From assembly GCA_963799485.1 (NCBI GenBank), contig CAWCXJ010000006.1:672001-736000 (forward strand): a stretch of DNA of 64,000 bases, read 5' to 3'. This document shows, piece by piece, positions 51,011 through 60,895 of the stretch. The notes under the pieces were generated by a model that saw only the letters and a list, made by a program, of their open reading frames with translations, did not search any database and was not told the DNA's origin. The position numbers and the translations under genes were made by a program. Numbering within the stretch: the first letter of the stretch is position 1; every line of letters starts with the position of its first letter. The stretch is from an uncultured Trueperaceae bacterium (GTDB taxonomy: Bacteria; Deinococcota; Deinococci; Deinococcales; Trueperaceae).

Positions 51011-52192
51011 CTACGCCACTATTTGTAGCGGTATTCTCACCTGAAACAATGCGCCACCGCCCGCACGGTTCATGACCTGCACACTGCCACCGTGGAGCTT
51101 CACCAACGCGTCAACAATCGCCAGACCTAAACCCGAAGAGCCCTTCGTATCTTTGCCCTGAATAAACCGTTCAAAGATATGTGGCAGGTCGGCTTCAGGG
51201 ATGCCTGGGCCGGTATCACTTACCTCTAAACACGCACCGGAATCACAGGTTTGGACGCTGAGTTGCACCACGCCACCGGCTGGCGTAACGCGTAACGCAT
51301 TGTCGAGCAGGTTCCCGAGTACCTGGATCAAGCGGGTTTGGTCGATGTTGGCTACGATATCGGCTCCGGTACACACGAGCGTTACGCCTCGTTGCTGCCC
51401 CCGCGCCTGAAAACTCTCAGCGACCTCCTCGACTAACTCATTCAGATGGGTCGGTTGCCGCTTTAGGGTTAGCTGTCCAGCGTCGGCGAGCGAAAGCGTC
51501 CGGAGGTCTTCGACTAACTGTGAAAGCACCCCCGTTTGTGTGAGTAGATGTCCAATTTGCGCCTTACTCAGGGGCATAAGTCCGTCTTGGAGCGCCTCGA
51601 GCCGCATCTGCAACGCGGTCAGCGGCGTGCGGAGTTCGTGGGCGATATCGGCGACCATCGCCTTGCGTTCACGTTCGAAAGTCTCCAGCGCCTCAGACAT
51701 GTCGTTAAAGGTGACGGCTAAACGGTCCGTCTCGAGACGTGAGCGCCGCTGCTTCTCGCTCAACCTCACGCGGGCGCTGAAGTCTCCGGCAGCGACGCCC
51801 CCGGCAGCCTTGGAAACCGCCGCGATAGGTTGTGCGATGGAGCGCGACACGAGCAGGGCCAATAGAACCGTCATCCCGACGGCTAAAAGCAGCCCGATGA
51901 GCAGCATCTGCTCCTGTAACCGTCTACGTTCTTCAAAGGAGAGGGCTTGCTGGCGAAGCATGTCGGCTTGCGTACCACCGTCCCCTAAGCCGGAAAGTGA
52001 CGTGGCCCTTGCGCGGCGAGGGCGTAGACCGAAGAGGTCGAACCGTGGGGGCGGCACCTGCGCGCGCACCTCGCTCGGCAGCGACCAGTAGGTGCGGTAG
52101 TCGGCGACCTGAAGCACCGCTGCGAGGATCGCCAAAGACAATGCGGTCGTCATAATCATGGCGACGGCTAGACGGGGGGCAAGGCGGTTCAA
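51011..52192 (-). CDS. HAMP sensor histidine kinase (BaeS-like)
   Basis: Two TM segments, HAMP, DIAHELRTPL, NLLDNAL, DTGPGI, GLGLAI. Confidence 0.93.
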   Translation of the reverse strand: MNRLAPRLAVAMIMTTALSLAILAAVLQVADYRTYWSLPSEVRAQVPPPRFDLFGLRPRRARATSLSGLGDGGTQADMLRQQALSFEERRRLQEQMLLIGLLLAVGMTVLLALLVSRSIAQPIAAVSKAAGGVAAGDFSARVRLSEKQRRSRLETDRLAVTFNDMSEALETFERERKAMVADIAHELRTPLTALQMRLEALQDGLMPLSKAQIGHLLTQTGVLSQLVEDLRTLSLADAGQLTLKRQPTHLNELVEEVAESFQARGQQRGVTLVCTGADIVANIDQTRLIQVLGNLLDNALRVTPAGGVVQLSVQTCDSGACLEVSDTGPGIPEADLPHIFERFIQGKDTKGSSGLGLAIVDALVKLHGGSVQVMNRAGGGALFQVRIPLQIVA

Positions 52193-52869
52193 GAGGAGCG
52201 AGCTGTCAGCCGGTAGCCGACGCCGCGCACCGTTTCTAAAATGTCGGCGGCACCCTGTTCGGCAAGCTTGGCGCGGATGTTTTTGAGGTGCCGGTCGATA
52301 GCGCGTTCTAAAGCGTCACTTTCAGGCATTGCGGCGTCGAAGAGTTCGGTGCGGCTCATCGCCTTGCCGGGGGCGTGAGCGAGCGTCTCGAGCAACTTGA
52401 ATTCGGTCGGCGTGAGCTGTAAAGCGGTGCCGCCGATACGTGCTTCGACCTGGTACGAATCGACCTCCAAAGGACCGACCCGGACGACCTGCGGTGCGTC
52501 GCCCTCCGCCTTGCTCCGCCGCAACACCGCCCCGACGTGCGCCACGACCTTACGGGGGCTGCACGGTTTGGTGAGGTATGAATCCGCGCCGAGCCCTAAT
52601 CCTAGTAGCTCGTCAAGTTCTTCGCTGCGCGCCGTGAGCATCACCACCGGGGTACGGCCCGCTCCGCGAACACGGCGCAAGACCTCCAACCCGTCGAGCC
52701 TGGGCAAGCCGATGTCGAGTACCACGAGGTCGGGTTGCGCGGCGCGAAACAGACGCAAGGCTTCTTCACCGTCGGCGGCGCGTTCGGTCTGGTGCCCGTC
52801 GTTACGCAGGTAAAGCTCGAGCATTTCGGCAATTTCACGGTCGTCCTCGACGACCAAAATCAGGGCCAT
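52189..52869 (-). CDS. OmpR-family response regulator (BaeR-like)
   Basis: GGAGG RBS; VEDD, LDIGLP, MLTAR, LTPTEFKLL, ETVRGVGY. Confidence 0.93.
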   Translation of the reverse strand: MALILVVEDDREIAEMLELYLRNDGHQTERAADGEEALRLFRAAQPDLVVLDIGLPRLDGLEVLRRVRGAGRTPVVMLTARSEELDELLGLGLGADSYLTKPCSPRKVVAHVGAVLRRSKAEGDAPQVVRVGPLEVDSYQVEARIGGTALQLTPTEFKLLETLAHAPGKAMSRTELFDAAMPESDALERAIDRHLKNIRAKLAEQGAADILETVRGVGYRLTARSS

Positions 52870-52947
52870 ACGACCTCCCGGAGTTAGTGTACGCTCCAGC
52901 TCATCTACCTTCAGTGTATTGTGCATAGCTCTCCAAAGCCACAGGTT

Positions 52948-54177
52948 TTACGGTGTGTCCGAGGTGTCGGTGCTCGTAGGTGAGGTGGTGTCCGGGACTG
53001 TGGTGTCGAGCGTCGTATCTGAGGTTGTCGTGTTCAGGCTCGAGGTCTCCCCCGCACCGTCAGTAAGGGTGTTCTCTAGTGTGTCATCTTGGGCGCTGCT
53101 AGAGTCGTCCGAAGTCGCGCCGTTTGAGACTGCACTTACGTCGGAACTACCCGTGCTGCTTGTTGTACTGCCGCCAGAGACGGTCTGCTCGAGCGCTAGC
53201 GCCGCCAAGCGAAAGTCGTAGAGCGCGCTGTACATCGCCACTTCCGTTTGCATATGGCTCAGCTGCGCCTCCTGAAAGCTGATAGGAGCGAGGCTGCCCG
53301 CGTCAAGCCGCGCTTTTTGTGCGGCAAGTTCTTCTCGTGAGGCGCTGAAGTCGGCCTTGGCACTCTCGAAACTGCGCTCGGCGCTCGAGAGCGCATTGTA
53401 CGCGCCGCTAACGTCTAGCTCGAGGCTCCGGCGGGCGGTGTCGAGGTCGCTTTGAGCACGCGTCAGCGCGTCCTGCGCGGCGTCGATATCGGTCTGAGCA
53501 CTAAAGGCGTTATTGACCGCCGCGAGTTGCGCCTCGGCGACCGTCACGGTGGTCGAGGCTGCTTGTACGCCGCTGTTGGTCGCTTTAGCCTGACCTAAAC
53601 TTGCTGCTAACGTTGGCACGGCGGGCGGTGTAAGGCTGATTTGGACGAGCTGCGCCGCATCTTGTCGAATAAGGCTAGTGAGCTCGCCCTCAGCAAGGGC
53701 TTTGGTTTGCTCGGCGTTTTGCCTATTGCGCTGCGCTGCGGCGAGGGTGTTTTGCGCCTGAAGCAGCTCGAGGTCGGTTGCGGCCCCCGCGTCTAGGCGA
53801 ATCTGCGTCGCCTGCACGGTGGCCTGTTGGATGGCGAGGTCTTGTTCGGCGACCTCGAGGGCGCGCTCGGCGCTCAGCGAGTCGAAGTAGGCGCTTGTGA
53901 CTTCCGTGCGTGAGGTGAAACGGGCGGACTCGAGCGCGGCCCGGGCGTTTTCAAGGGTTTGCTCGGCCTGGAGCGTCGGAACCCGGAGGGCTAAAGGGTC
54001 GGCCTGAAGCCGGGTCAGCTCGCGCTGCGCTGCCGCAACGTCGGCCTCTGCGCCCAGCACGTCCGGATCGGCCGCAGGGGCTGCGCGCAAAACTTCAGTG
54101 AGAGTCAGCGCGTCACCCGTCGTCTGTGCAAAGGTAACACTCACGCTTAAGAGTAGGGAAAGAAAAAGCCGCCGCAT
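52948..54177 (-). CDS. TolC-family outer-membrane efflux protein with Ser/Thr/Asp-rich tail
   Basis: Signal peptide; two OEP-like coiled-coil halves (EVTSAYF..RLDAGAAT..DLELLQAQ; RLDAGSL). Confidence 0.8.
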   Translation of the reverse strand: MRRLFLSLLLSVSVTFAQTTGDALTLTEVLRAAPAADPDVLGAEADVAAAQRELTRLQADPLALRVPTLQAEQTLENARAALESARFTSRTEVTSAYFDSLSAERALEVAEQDLAIQQATVQATQIRLDAGAATDLELLQAQNTLAAAQRNRQNAEQTKALAEGELTSLIRQDAAQLVQISLTPPAVPTLAASLGQAKATNSGVQAASTTVTVAEAQLAAVNNAFSAQTDIDAAQDALTRAQSDLDTARRSLELDVSGAYNALSSAERSFESAKADFSASREELAAQKARLDAGSLAPISFQEAQLSHMQTEVAMYSALYDFRLAALALEQTVSGGSTTSSTGSSDVSAVSNGATSDDSSSAQDDTLENTLTDGAGETSSLNTTTSDTTLDTTVPDTTSPTSTDTSDTP

Positions 54178-54178
54178 A

Positions 54179-55546
54179 TTAGAGAACCTCCAGAGGATCG
54201 AGGGCGAGGGTTTGGAGCAGGTTCAGCTGGGCCAAGAGCACACTGTCTTGCAGGCGGGCGAACTGCACTTGTGCGTCCAGCAAGCTCGCCTCGGCGCTCT
54301 GAACTTCGTAAGGCGCGACGAGGCCGAGACCTAAGCGGGTGCGGGTCGTCGCGAGCGAACTTTGGCGCTGCTCGACAAGTGCCTGGGCCGCCTCGAGGCT
54401 GTTTTGCGCGGTCATGAGCTGAGTCTGGGCAGCTTGAAGCTCGAGCCCGGCCTGCGCCTGAACTTGCGCCAACTGCTGCTCTGCGTTCTGGACACCGGTT
54501 TCAGCCGCTGCCAGCGCTGAGCCGCTGCCAGTGCCGAACGGAATACTCACGCTGAGCTGGGCGCTCAAACCTTCACGAGTCGCCGTTCCCGCGACCCCTG
54601 TTGCCGTGCCGTCCGGGTCGTAAGCGACGCTCAAGGACGGTTGATAGGTTTCCGTGGTCAACCCCGCTGCCAACGTCACATCTGACGAACTGTAACTCGC
54701 GCTCACGCCGCCGCTCGGCAATACTTCACGCAAGGCGGCGTCGGCGCTGAGCTGCGCAGCCTGCACCGCTAAGCGGGCGCTTAAAACGTCGCTGCGCTCG
54801 GCAAGCCGCGCAGCTGCACCGCCCAGTTCGGGCAGCGTCACGGTTGGCGGTTCCCCGGATACGGCAGCGACGTTTGCGCCCAGCGTTTGGGAAAGCGCCC
54901 CTAAAGCCTGGTCTCTTTCCAGAGCCACTTCAGCGAGGTCGTTTTGCGCTTCGCTCAGCCTGATCTGCGCGTCCAGCACATCGGCGCTGCTGGAGGCCCC
55001 GGCCTCCAGACGGGTTTGGGTGGCGTCGAGTGCGCTCTGGGCGACGTTTACGGCGGCTTCTAGGGCTTGTTCTTCCTGAGCGTAGCGGAGGGTCTCTAGG
55101 TACTGCGTGGCAACCGTGACCACGGTGTCTCTGCGGGTGGCCCCCAGCACAGCCTCCGCAGTTTCTACCGCCCACTTTGCCTGTGTTACGCCGTCAGCCA
55201 CGTTGCCGTAAGGGACGACGTTGAAGCTGCCTGTGAGCGTGAGCGGCCCGAAGTCGCCGGTAGCGGCTTCAGCTGCTGAAACATATGTCCGGGTGTAGTC
55301 GGTGCTGAGGCTGCCCGAGACGAGCCCAGACGCAGCTTTTAACTGCTGCTGTGCAAGTTCGAGTTGCCCCTCAGCGAGCTCGACTGCCGGACTTGCGGAC
55401 GCTGAGGAGACCGCCTGGTCGAACGATAGTGTCGTTTCTGCTTCCTGTGCCGCGGAGAGCGGAAGGGCGCTCAGACCTACCAAGCAGGTCCCTAGAAACC
55501 AACGCTTCAGGTTGGTTGAGGTTTGATTATCTAACTGGCGTGTCAT
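54179..55546 (-). CDS. TolC-family outer-membrane efflux protein
   Basis: Signal peptide; OEP repeats (VATQYLETL..RLEAGASS.ADVLDAQ; RLGLGLV..EVQSAE). Confidence 0.82.
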   Translation of the reverse strand: MTRQLDNQTSTNLKRWFLGTCLVGLSALPLSAAQEAETTLSFDQAVSSASASPAVELAEGQLELAQQQLKAASGLVSGSLSTDYTRTYVSAAEAATGDFGPLTLTGSFNVVPYGNVADGVTQAKWAVETAEAVLGATRRDTVVTVATQYLETLRYAQEEQALEAAVNVAQSALDATQTRLEAGASSSADVLDAQIRLSEAQNDLAEVALERDQALGALSQTLGANVAAVSGEPPTVTLPELGGAAARLAERSDVLSARLAVQAAQLSADAALREVLPSGGVSASYSSSDVTLAAGLTTETYQPSLSVAYDPDGTATGVAGTATREGLSAQLSVSIPFGTGSGSALAAAETGVQNAEQQLAQVQAQAGLELQAAQTQLMTAQNSLEAAQALVEQRQSSLATTRTRLGLGLVAPYEVQSAEASLLDAQVQFARLQDSVLLAQLNLLQTLALDPLEVL

Positions 55547-55552
55547 AGGAAC

Positions 55553-55606
55553 AGTGTCGCAGGCATAGAATAGGGTTTTGTATGCACTCGATGCGGATTT
55601 GATATG
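55553..55606 (-). promoter_or_regulatory. Direct-repeat box plus -10 of an internal leaderless promoter for the TolC genes
   Basis: Minus strand CATATCAAATCCGCATC-N31-GACACT-N6-ATG(55546). Confidence 0.65.
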
Positions 55607-55630
55607 CACGTTCCGGCAGATAAGAGAACC

Positions 55631-56962
55631 CTACTCATAGCGCAGGCTTTCAACTGGATCTAACCGGGCAGCGCGCTGCGCCGGATAAAACCCGAAGAAA
55701 ACGCCGACCAAAAGTGAGAACCCGAAGGCCAACACCATCGGCGGCAGCGTGTACGAAGGCGTGAGGTCTAAAAGCGGCGCGGCGACGTAGGCGCTGCCGA
55801 CCCCGACTGCTAGGCCGATCAGCCCGCCCCCAGCGGAGAGCAGAGTAGCCTCGAGCAAAAACTGCGTCAGGATGTCCCTGGGTCTTGCCCCGAGCGCCTT
55901 ACGGACGCCGATTTCGCGGGTGCGCTCCGTCACCGAGACCAGCACGATGTTCATGATGCCGATACCGCCGACGAACAGACTGATTGAAGCAATCGCGCCT
56001 AAAAAGAGTGAGAGCGTCTGACTGACCTCGTTGAGTGATTCCAGACTGTCGGCCTGGTTTTGAATCTCGAAGTCGTAATCGTCTACGGGCTCACCCAAAA
56101 GGCCGTGCTGATTGACCAGCAGCGTCGTCAGATCGTTTTCCAGACCCGTTAACACGTCCGGGCTCGAGCCCTCCACATAGACCGAACCTATGGTCGGGTC
56201 GCCGATGGCGGACTGCCGATACACGCGCTGCAAAAAGGTACTCAGCGGAACGAACACGTTCGTATCGGTGTTGCCGAAACCGCTGCCCGACGTGGGCAAG
56301 ACGCCGACCACCGTAAACGAGTTGCCGTTAATGCTGAGCGTTTCACCCAGCGCACTGCCGCCTGGAAAGAGCGTCGTCGCCGCTTCGGAACCGAGAACGG
56401 CGACCAGTGCGTTGTTTCCCAGTTCACTTTCGCTGAACCAGCGCCCCGTCGAGGTCGCGCTATTTCGCACCGTTTCGTAACTCGGCCACGTTCCCGTCAC
56501 GCTGGCGCTCAAGTTCTCTTCGCCCGCTTTGACCTGAACCGTCGTGTCAATGGTGGGCGCAACGTCCCTGATTCGCGGGTCGTCGAGTGCCACAATCGCG
56601 TCGGCGTCGCCTAACGTAATGCTGTTCGAACTGCCGCCACGCACCAGGCCGGGTGAACCGAACGAGCGGCTGCTCGAGACCGTCAGCAAGTTCGTTCCGA
56701 GGCTCGAGATGCTCGCCGTTACGCTGCTCGTGACGCCCGCGCCGATAGCAGTCAGCGCCACAACCGCCGCCACCCCGATAATCACGCCGAGCGCGGTCAG
56801 GGCGCTGCGGGTGACGTTTGCCCGAACCGAACGCCACGCCATCGTCAGGGTTTCAAGGAATCCGAGTCCGCCGGAATGAGGCGGTGTGAACGGGTTTTTA
56901 GTTACGGCAGGCGTGACCGCCGGGCTTGGGGTGGCGTTTGTCGCTGTGACCTTTTCCATCAC
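55631..56962 (-). CDS. MacB-like ABC permease
   Basis: RSALTALGVIIGVAAVV, VGGIGIMNI.LVSVTERTREIGVRKALGA, FGFYPA..P.ESLRYE. Confidence 0.92.
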   Translation of the reverse strand: MMEKVTATNATPSPAVTPAVTKNPFTPPHSGGLGFLETLTMAWRSVRANVTRSALTALGVIIGVAAVVALTAIGAGVTSSVTASISSLGTNLLTVSSSRSFGSPGLVRGGSSNSITLGDADAIVALDDPRIRDVAPTIDTTVQVKAGEENLSASVTGTWPSYETVRNSATSTGRWFSESELGNNALVAVLGSEAATTLFPGGSALGETLSINGNSFTVVGVLPTSGSGFGNTDTNVFVPLSTFLQRVYRQSAIGDPTIGSVYVEGSSPDVLTGLENDLTTLLVNQHGLLGEPVDDYDFEIQNQADSLESLNEVSQTLSLFLGAIASISLFVGGIGIMNIVLVSVTERTREIGVRKALGARPRDILTQFLLEATLLSAGGGLIGLAVGVGSAYVAAPLLDLTPSYTLPPMVLAFGFSLLVGVFFGFYPAQRAARLDPVESLRYE

Positions 56963-57732
56963 AGCTGCCCCGCAGCCTCGGCTCGAGCCGTGCCCGTGTC
57001 CCCATGAGCGACCGGCTGGGCGGTGTCGCTCTCGAGCAGCCCGTCACGGAGCCGCACCGTACGCTTTGTCCACGCGGCGATGTCGGGTTCGTGCGTGACG
57101 ACCACCACGGTTGTACCCTCGTCGTTTAGTTCACGAAAAAGGGTCATGATGTCTTCGCCGGTTTGGGTGTCCAAGTTGCCGGTCGGTTCGTCGGCTAACA
57201 GCAGCGCCGGGTTGAGCGAAAGCGCCCTCGCCACGGCGACGCGCTGCTTTTGCCCCCCGGAAATCTGCGAGGGGAGGTTTTTTGCCTTATCGGCGAGTCC
57301 CACTTTGGCGAGCAGCTCGAGCGCCCGCTCCCGCCTCACCTTGGGTTTGACTCCGGCATATAAGAGCGGCGTTTCGACGTTCTCGAGCAGGCTGTACCGC
57401 GGCAGTAGGTGAAACGCCTGAAACACAAAGCCGATAAACCGGTTTCGAACCTCTGCCCGTTCGCCCTCGCTCAGGTCCGTGACGTCCGCCCCCGAGAGCA
57501 AGTAGCGCCCGCCTGTCGGCTCGTCCAGGATGCCCAGGATATTCATCAGGGTCGATTTGCCAGACCCAGACGGCCCCATTAGCGCCACGAACTCGCCCGC
57601 ATAGACATCGAACGACACGCCTTTAAGTGCCCAGAACGCGGTATCGCCCAGGTCGTAACGTCGGGTGATGGCCTCGAGCCGTAAAACAGCGTCCCTACGG
57701 TCTGCCTCATAGCAGGTTTCAGGCCGGTTCAT
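56959..57732 (-). CDS. MacB/LolD-like ABC ATP-binding protein
   Basis: GPSGSGKST, ISGGQKQR, LADEPTGNLD, VTHE. Confidence 0.94.
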   Translation of the reverse strand: MNRPETCYEADRRDAVLRLEAITRRYDLGDTAFWALKGVSFDVYAGEFVALMGPSGSGKSTLMNILGILDEPTGGRYLLSGADVTDLSEGERAEVRNRFIGFVFQAFHLLPRYSLLENVETPLLYAGVKPKVRRERALELLAKVGLADKAKNLPSQISGGQKQRVAVARALSLNPALLLADEPTGNLDTQTGEDIMTLFRELNDEGTTVVVVTHEPDIAAWTKRTVRLRDGLLESDTAQPVAHGDTGTARAEAAGQL

Positions 57733-59324
57733 CGTGGCCCCCCGCCACCGCCGAAACCAGCGCCCGGTGGCCCGCCGAAACCGCCCCCACGGTCACCGGC
57801 GTCACCACTCGCTTCAGGTTCTGAAGCAGTTCCTGAGCCCGGTACGCGCACCGTCACCGCTTCACCACCGGACAGCAAGGTGCTCGGGTCGGGTCTTGCC
57901 GGAGCCGTTTCGGCGTCCGGATTATCCCCTGTACCGGCAGCGGCCACCGTTCTGTTCGGGGTTCTAATTTGTGTGTCGGTAGGTGCATCTGCGGGTATAC
58001 CTTCTGGAGCCTCGGCAACCTGCACGACGGTGTTAAGCCCGTCTGTCCCGACAACCTCGACCGGCAGCGGAACGGCGCGACCAGCCTGCTCGAGTTCGAC
58101 GACGCTTCTATCACCGAACGTTTGCACAGCGGCAGTCGGCACGCTGAGGGTGTTCTCGAGGGTCTCGACTGCAATGTTAGCCTCGGCAGTCATCCCCGGA
58201 CGGAGCCCCAGGTCGGAGTTGACGATTTGCACCGTCACCCCGAAGATGGGGATGTTGTCCTCTACAGTGGCGCTCGGCGACACCGCTGTCACCTCGCCCT
58301 CAAATGTTTGGCCGCTTACCGCGTCGGCGGTGACCGTCGCCGCTTGACCGACCCGGACGCCGCTGATTTGGGTTTCGTCGACCTGCGCGGCTAACTCAAC
58401 CGTTTCGTAGTTGCTCAGCGTCAAGAGGGTCTGCCCTGCGCTCAGCGTGGTTCCGGCCTGAATTTGGATGGCGCTCGAGGTATCCGAAGTACTTTCGTCG
58501 CTGATGGCGGTGACAACCCCGGCGATAGGCGCGGTGATGGTCGCGTCCGCCAGATTACGCTGCGCCTGCTCTAAGGTGAGCTGCGCCTGTGCGGCGGCGA
58601 GTTCGGCATTTCTGAGGTCTTGCGTGTCGGCGTCACTTTGAAGCGTCTGCGTCGTGCTGAGGGTAGCTAGGGTGTCCTGTGCATTATCCAGGGTGGCGAC
58701 TGCGGTGTCGTAAGCATTTTGGGCCGTTTGCACCTCGGCTGCACTGCCGCTACCAACCTCGCGCAACTGCTCGGCGAGTGAAAGCTCTTGTTGAGCTGTT
58801 TGGACGCTGCGCTGCGCCTCACTTACGGCGCGCTGGGCCTCGGCAACCGCGCTAGCACGTCCCCTGCTGCTGTCGGTCTGCCCTAAACGCAGGCTCTCGA
58901 GTTCGGCTTGCGCCCCTTCAAGTCCCAGCTGCGCTTCAGTCACGGCTTCTTGCAAGGTTTCAGGCTCGAGCTGAGCGAGCGTTTGTCCTTTCGCTACTTC
59001 ATCGCCCACGCTGGCCAAACTCTGAATCGTCCCGGCAACGGGTGCACTGACGCTGACGCTTTGCGCGGCGGAGAGCGTCCCCGGTCCCGAAATCGTCAGG
59101 TCGTAGGGGGCAGGTGTCACTGAAACAGTTGTGTAGGTGGTTTGCGCCGCGCCCGCACGCTGCTGCGCCTGCCACCACCAGCCGCCCGTAGCCACCACAC
59201 CCAATAACGTGATAAGTGCCAGCCAGAGCCGTACACGCCGCCTTGCCAGACGTTTGCCCCATTGTCTGCCCGGTCGTTTTTCTTTGTCTTGCACCGTCTG
59301 CCGGTCTGTGCCTATCACTGCCAT
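57729..59324 (-). CDS. MacA-like periplasmic adaptor (membrane fusion protein)
   Basis: N-terminal TM, lipoyl halves (VSAPVAGTI..GDEVAKGQ; ITAPIAGVV), long helical hairpin, LRPGMTA. Confidence 0.9.
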   Translation of the reverse strand: MAVIGTDRQTVQDKEKRPGRQWGKRLARRRVRLWLALITLLGVVATGGWWWQAQQRAGAAQTTYTTVSVTPAPYDLTISGPGTLSAAQSVSVSAPVAGTIQSLASVGDEVAKGQTLAQLEPETLQEAVTEAQLGLEGAQAELESLRLGQTDSSRGRASAVAEAQRAVSEAQRSVQTAQQELSLAEQLREVGSGSAAEVQTAQNAYDTAVATLDNAQDTLATLSTTQTLQSDADTQDLRNAELAAAQAQLTLEQAQRNLADATITAPIAGVVTAISDESTSDTSSAIQIQAGTTLSAGQTLLTLSNYETVELAAQVDETQISGVRVGQAATVTADAVSGQTFEGEVTAVSPSATVEDNIPIFGVTVQIVNSDLGLRPGMTAEANIAVETLENTLSVPTAAVQTFGDRSVVELEQAGRAVPLPVEVVGTDGLNTVVQVAEAPEGIPADAPTDTQIRTPNRTVAAAGTGDNPDAETAPARPDPSTLLSGGEAVTVRVPGSGTASEPEASGDAGDRGGGFGGPPGAGFGGGGGPR

Positions 59325-59401
59325 AATCCTGTCACCTTCGCCTCCGTGTGTCGTAAAAAATAAACTTGAGGGCTCGCCCTAAGCTGCGCGAAACCTTCCT
59401 T

Positions 59402-59551
59402 ATCGTGTGCCGCGTCTATTGGGTTTGCGTACAGAACATGTGCGGATTTGATGTGGTTGTAAATCCACCTGGCTTTTACGCCAGGAACAGAACCAAGCAC
59501 ACGAAATCCGTACACAACCCAAAACGTTTGGACATGTTGAGGCGTCAAACT
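59402..59551. promoter_or_regulatory. Back-to-back pair of direct-repeat boxes with -10 elements
   Basis: Minus: CACATCAAATCCGCACA(59455-59439)-N31-CACGAT. Plus: CACACGAAATCCGTACA(59498-59514)-N31-CAAACT. Confidence 0.68.
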
Positions 59552-59613
59552 TCGAAACAGATGGTTGGAAGCACCCAACGAACCGACCATCACGCAGCCT
59601 GAGGAGGCAAAAA

Positions 59614-60045
59614 ATGAAACGTACCGTTATCGCAACCGCACTCGCCGCAACCCTTTTAGTCACTGGATTCGCCAGTGCCGAAGACGCCCTTTTCCCCAGC
59701 AACAACGCCAGCGCCGAAGTAACGTTTTACACCGCTGACCCTGAGGCTAACGGCGTCTTGCTAAACACCGCGATGGTCAACAACAGCCCGTTCGCAGCCA
59801 CCATAGACGGCGCTGATGCGGCGACCTACATCACCATCAGCTATGACGGCGAAAGCTACACCTTCCCGCTCGCAGAGAGCGGTGACACTAAGAATGAGGT
59901 AATGCTCGAGGTTACCGACAACACCGCCAACAGCGAAACAGCTCAGTACGTCTCGGATACCGGCACGGTCTCGCTCAGCGACGTGATAGACGGATTGGCG
60001 ACCGACCCGGAGCTACTCGAGGCGTTGCAAGCTACCGTAAGCTGA
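59614..60045 (+). CDS. Secreted acidic hypothetical protein
   Basis: GAGGAGG RBS; signal peptide MKRTVIATALAATLLVTGFASA. Confidence 0.75.
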   Translation: MKRTVIATALAATLLVTGFASAEDALFPSNNASAEVTFYTADPEANGVLLNTAMVNNSPFAATIDGADAATYITISYDGESYTFPLAESGDTKNEVMLEVTDNTANSETAQYVSDTGTVSLSDVIDGLATDPELLEALQATVS

Positions 60046-60067
60046 CGTTGCGCCGAGCACATCATCC

Positions 60068-60100
60068 AAACGGCTCCGGGTTTCGTACTCGGAGCTGTTT
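60068..60100. terminator. Hairpin between convergent genes
   Basis: AAACGGCTCCGGGT-ttcgt-ACTCGGAGCTGTTT. Confidence 0.65.
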
Positions 60101-60235
60101 GAACATGGTTGTTAGCCCCGAGCCCAGCCTGCAAACACCCCAAAGTGGACGTCAGCTGAGTAAACAGATACCTCGCTGCCGTCCCTCGGCACATCTTCGT
60201 CAAGCCGCAAGCTGTGGTTTCTTATTAGAGACCCT

Positions 60236-60895
60236 TTAACTCAACCCGTGCTCCACCGCGTAAACCGCCGCTTGTGTACGGTCTCTAAAGCCCAGCCGCG
60301 TCAGGATATTCGACACATGGTTTTTGACCGTACCCTCGCTCACGCCAAACTGTCTAGCGATTTCTTTATTCGATGCACCTTTAGCGAGAAGGCGCAGCAC
60401 CTCGAGCTCTCTAGGCGTCAGGTCGTGTTCTAGCTCTTTTTTCTGGTCGGCTTTGTCTTGCCGGTCTCTGAGCGAGCCGACGAGCTTCCCGGCTACGTCC
60501 GGCGCGAGCTGGAAAACGCCCGCATGGGCGAGTTTGACGGCGCGCGCTAGGTCGGTAGGAGGGATGTCTTTCATGAGGTAGCCGCACGCCCCGGCCAGAA
60601 GAGACTGCACGATGTACTCTTCGTCGTCAAAGGTGGTGAGCATGATGACCTGGCACGAGGGGAGCCGCTGACGCACCCTCGCGGTCGCCTCGACGCCGTT
60701 CATCTCGGGCATACGCACGTCCATCAAGATAACGTCGGGCTTGTGCTCCTGGGCCTTTTCCACAGCCTCTTGACCGTTCGCCGCCATGCCGATAACCTCA
60801 ATGCCGTCCTCGAGTTCCAAAAGCGAGGCGATGCCCTCGCGAATGAGGTACTGGTCGTCGGCGAGCAGGGTGCGGATCGGTTTTGTTCCCGTCAT
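60236..60895 (-). CDS. NarL/LuxR-family response regulator
   Basis: LADDQ, LMDVRMP, LTTFD, LTPRELEVL..SNKEIA..TVKNHVSNIL. Confidence 0.93.
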   Translation of the reverse strand: MTGTKPIRTLLADDQYLIREGIASLLELEDGIEVIGMAANGQEAVEKAQEHKPDVILMDVRMPEMNGVEATARVRQRLPSCQVIMLTTFDDEEYIVQSLLAGACGYLMKDIPPTDLARAVKLAHAGVFQLAPDVAGKLVGSLRDRQDKADQKKELEHDLTPRELEVLRLLAKGASNKEIARQFGVSEGTVKNHVSNILTRLGFRDRTQAAVYAVEHGLS

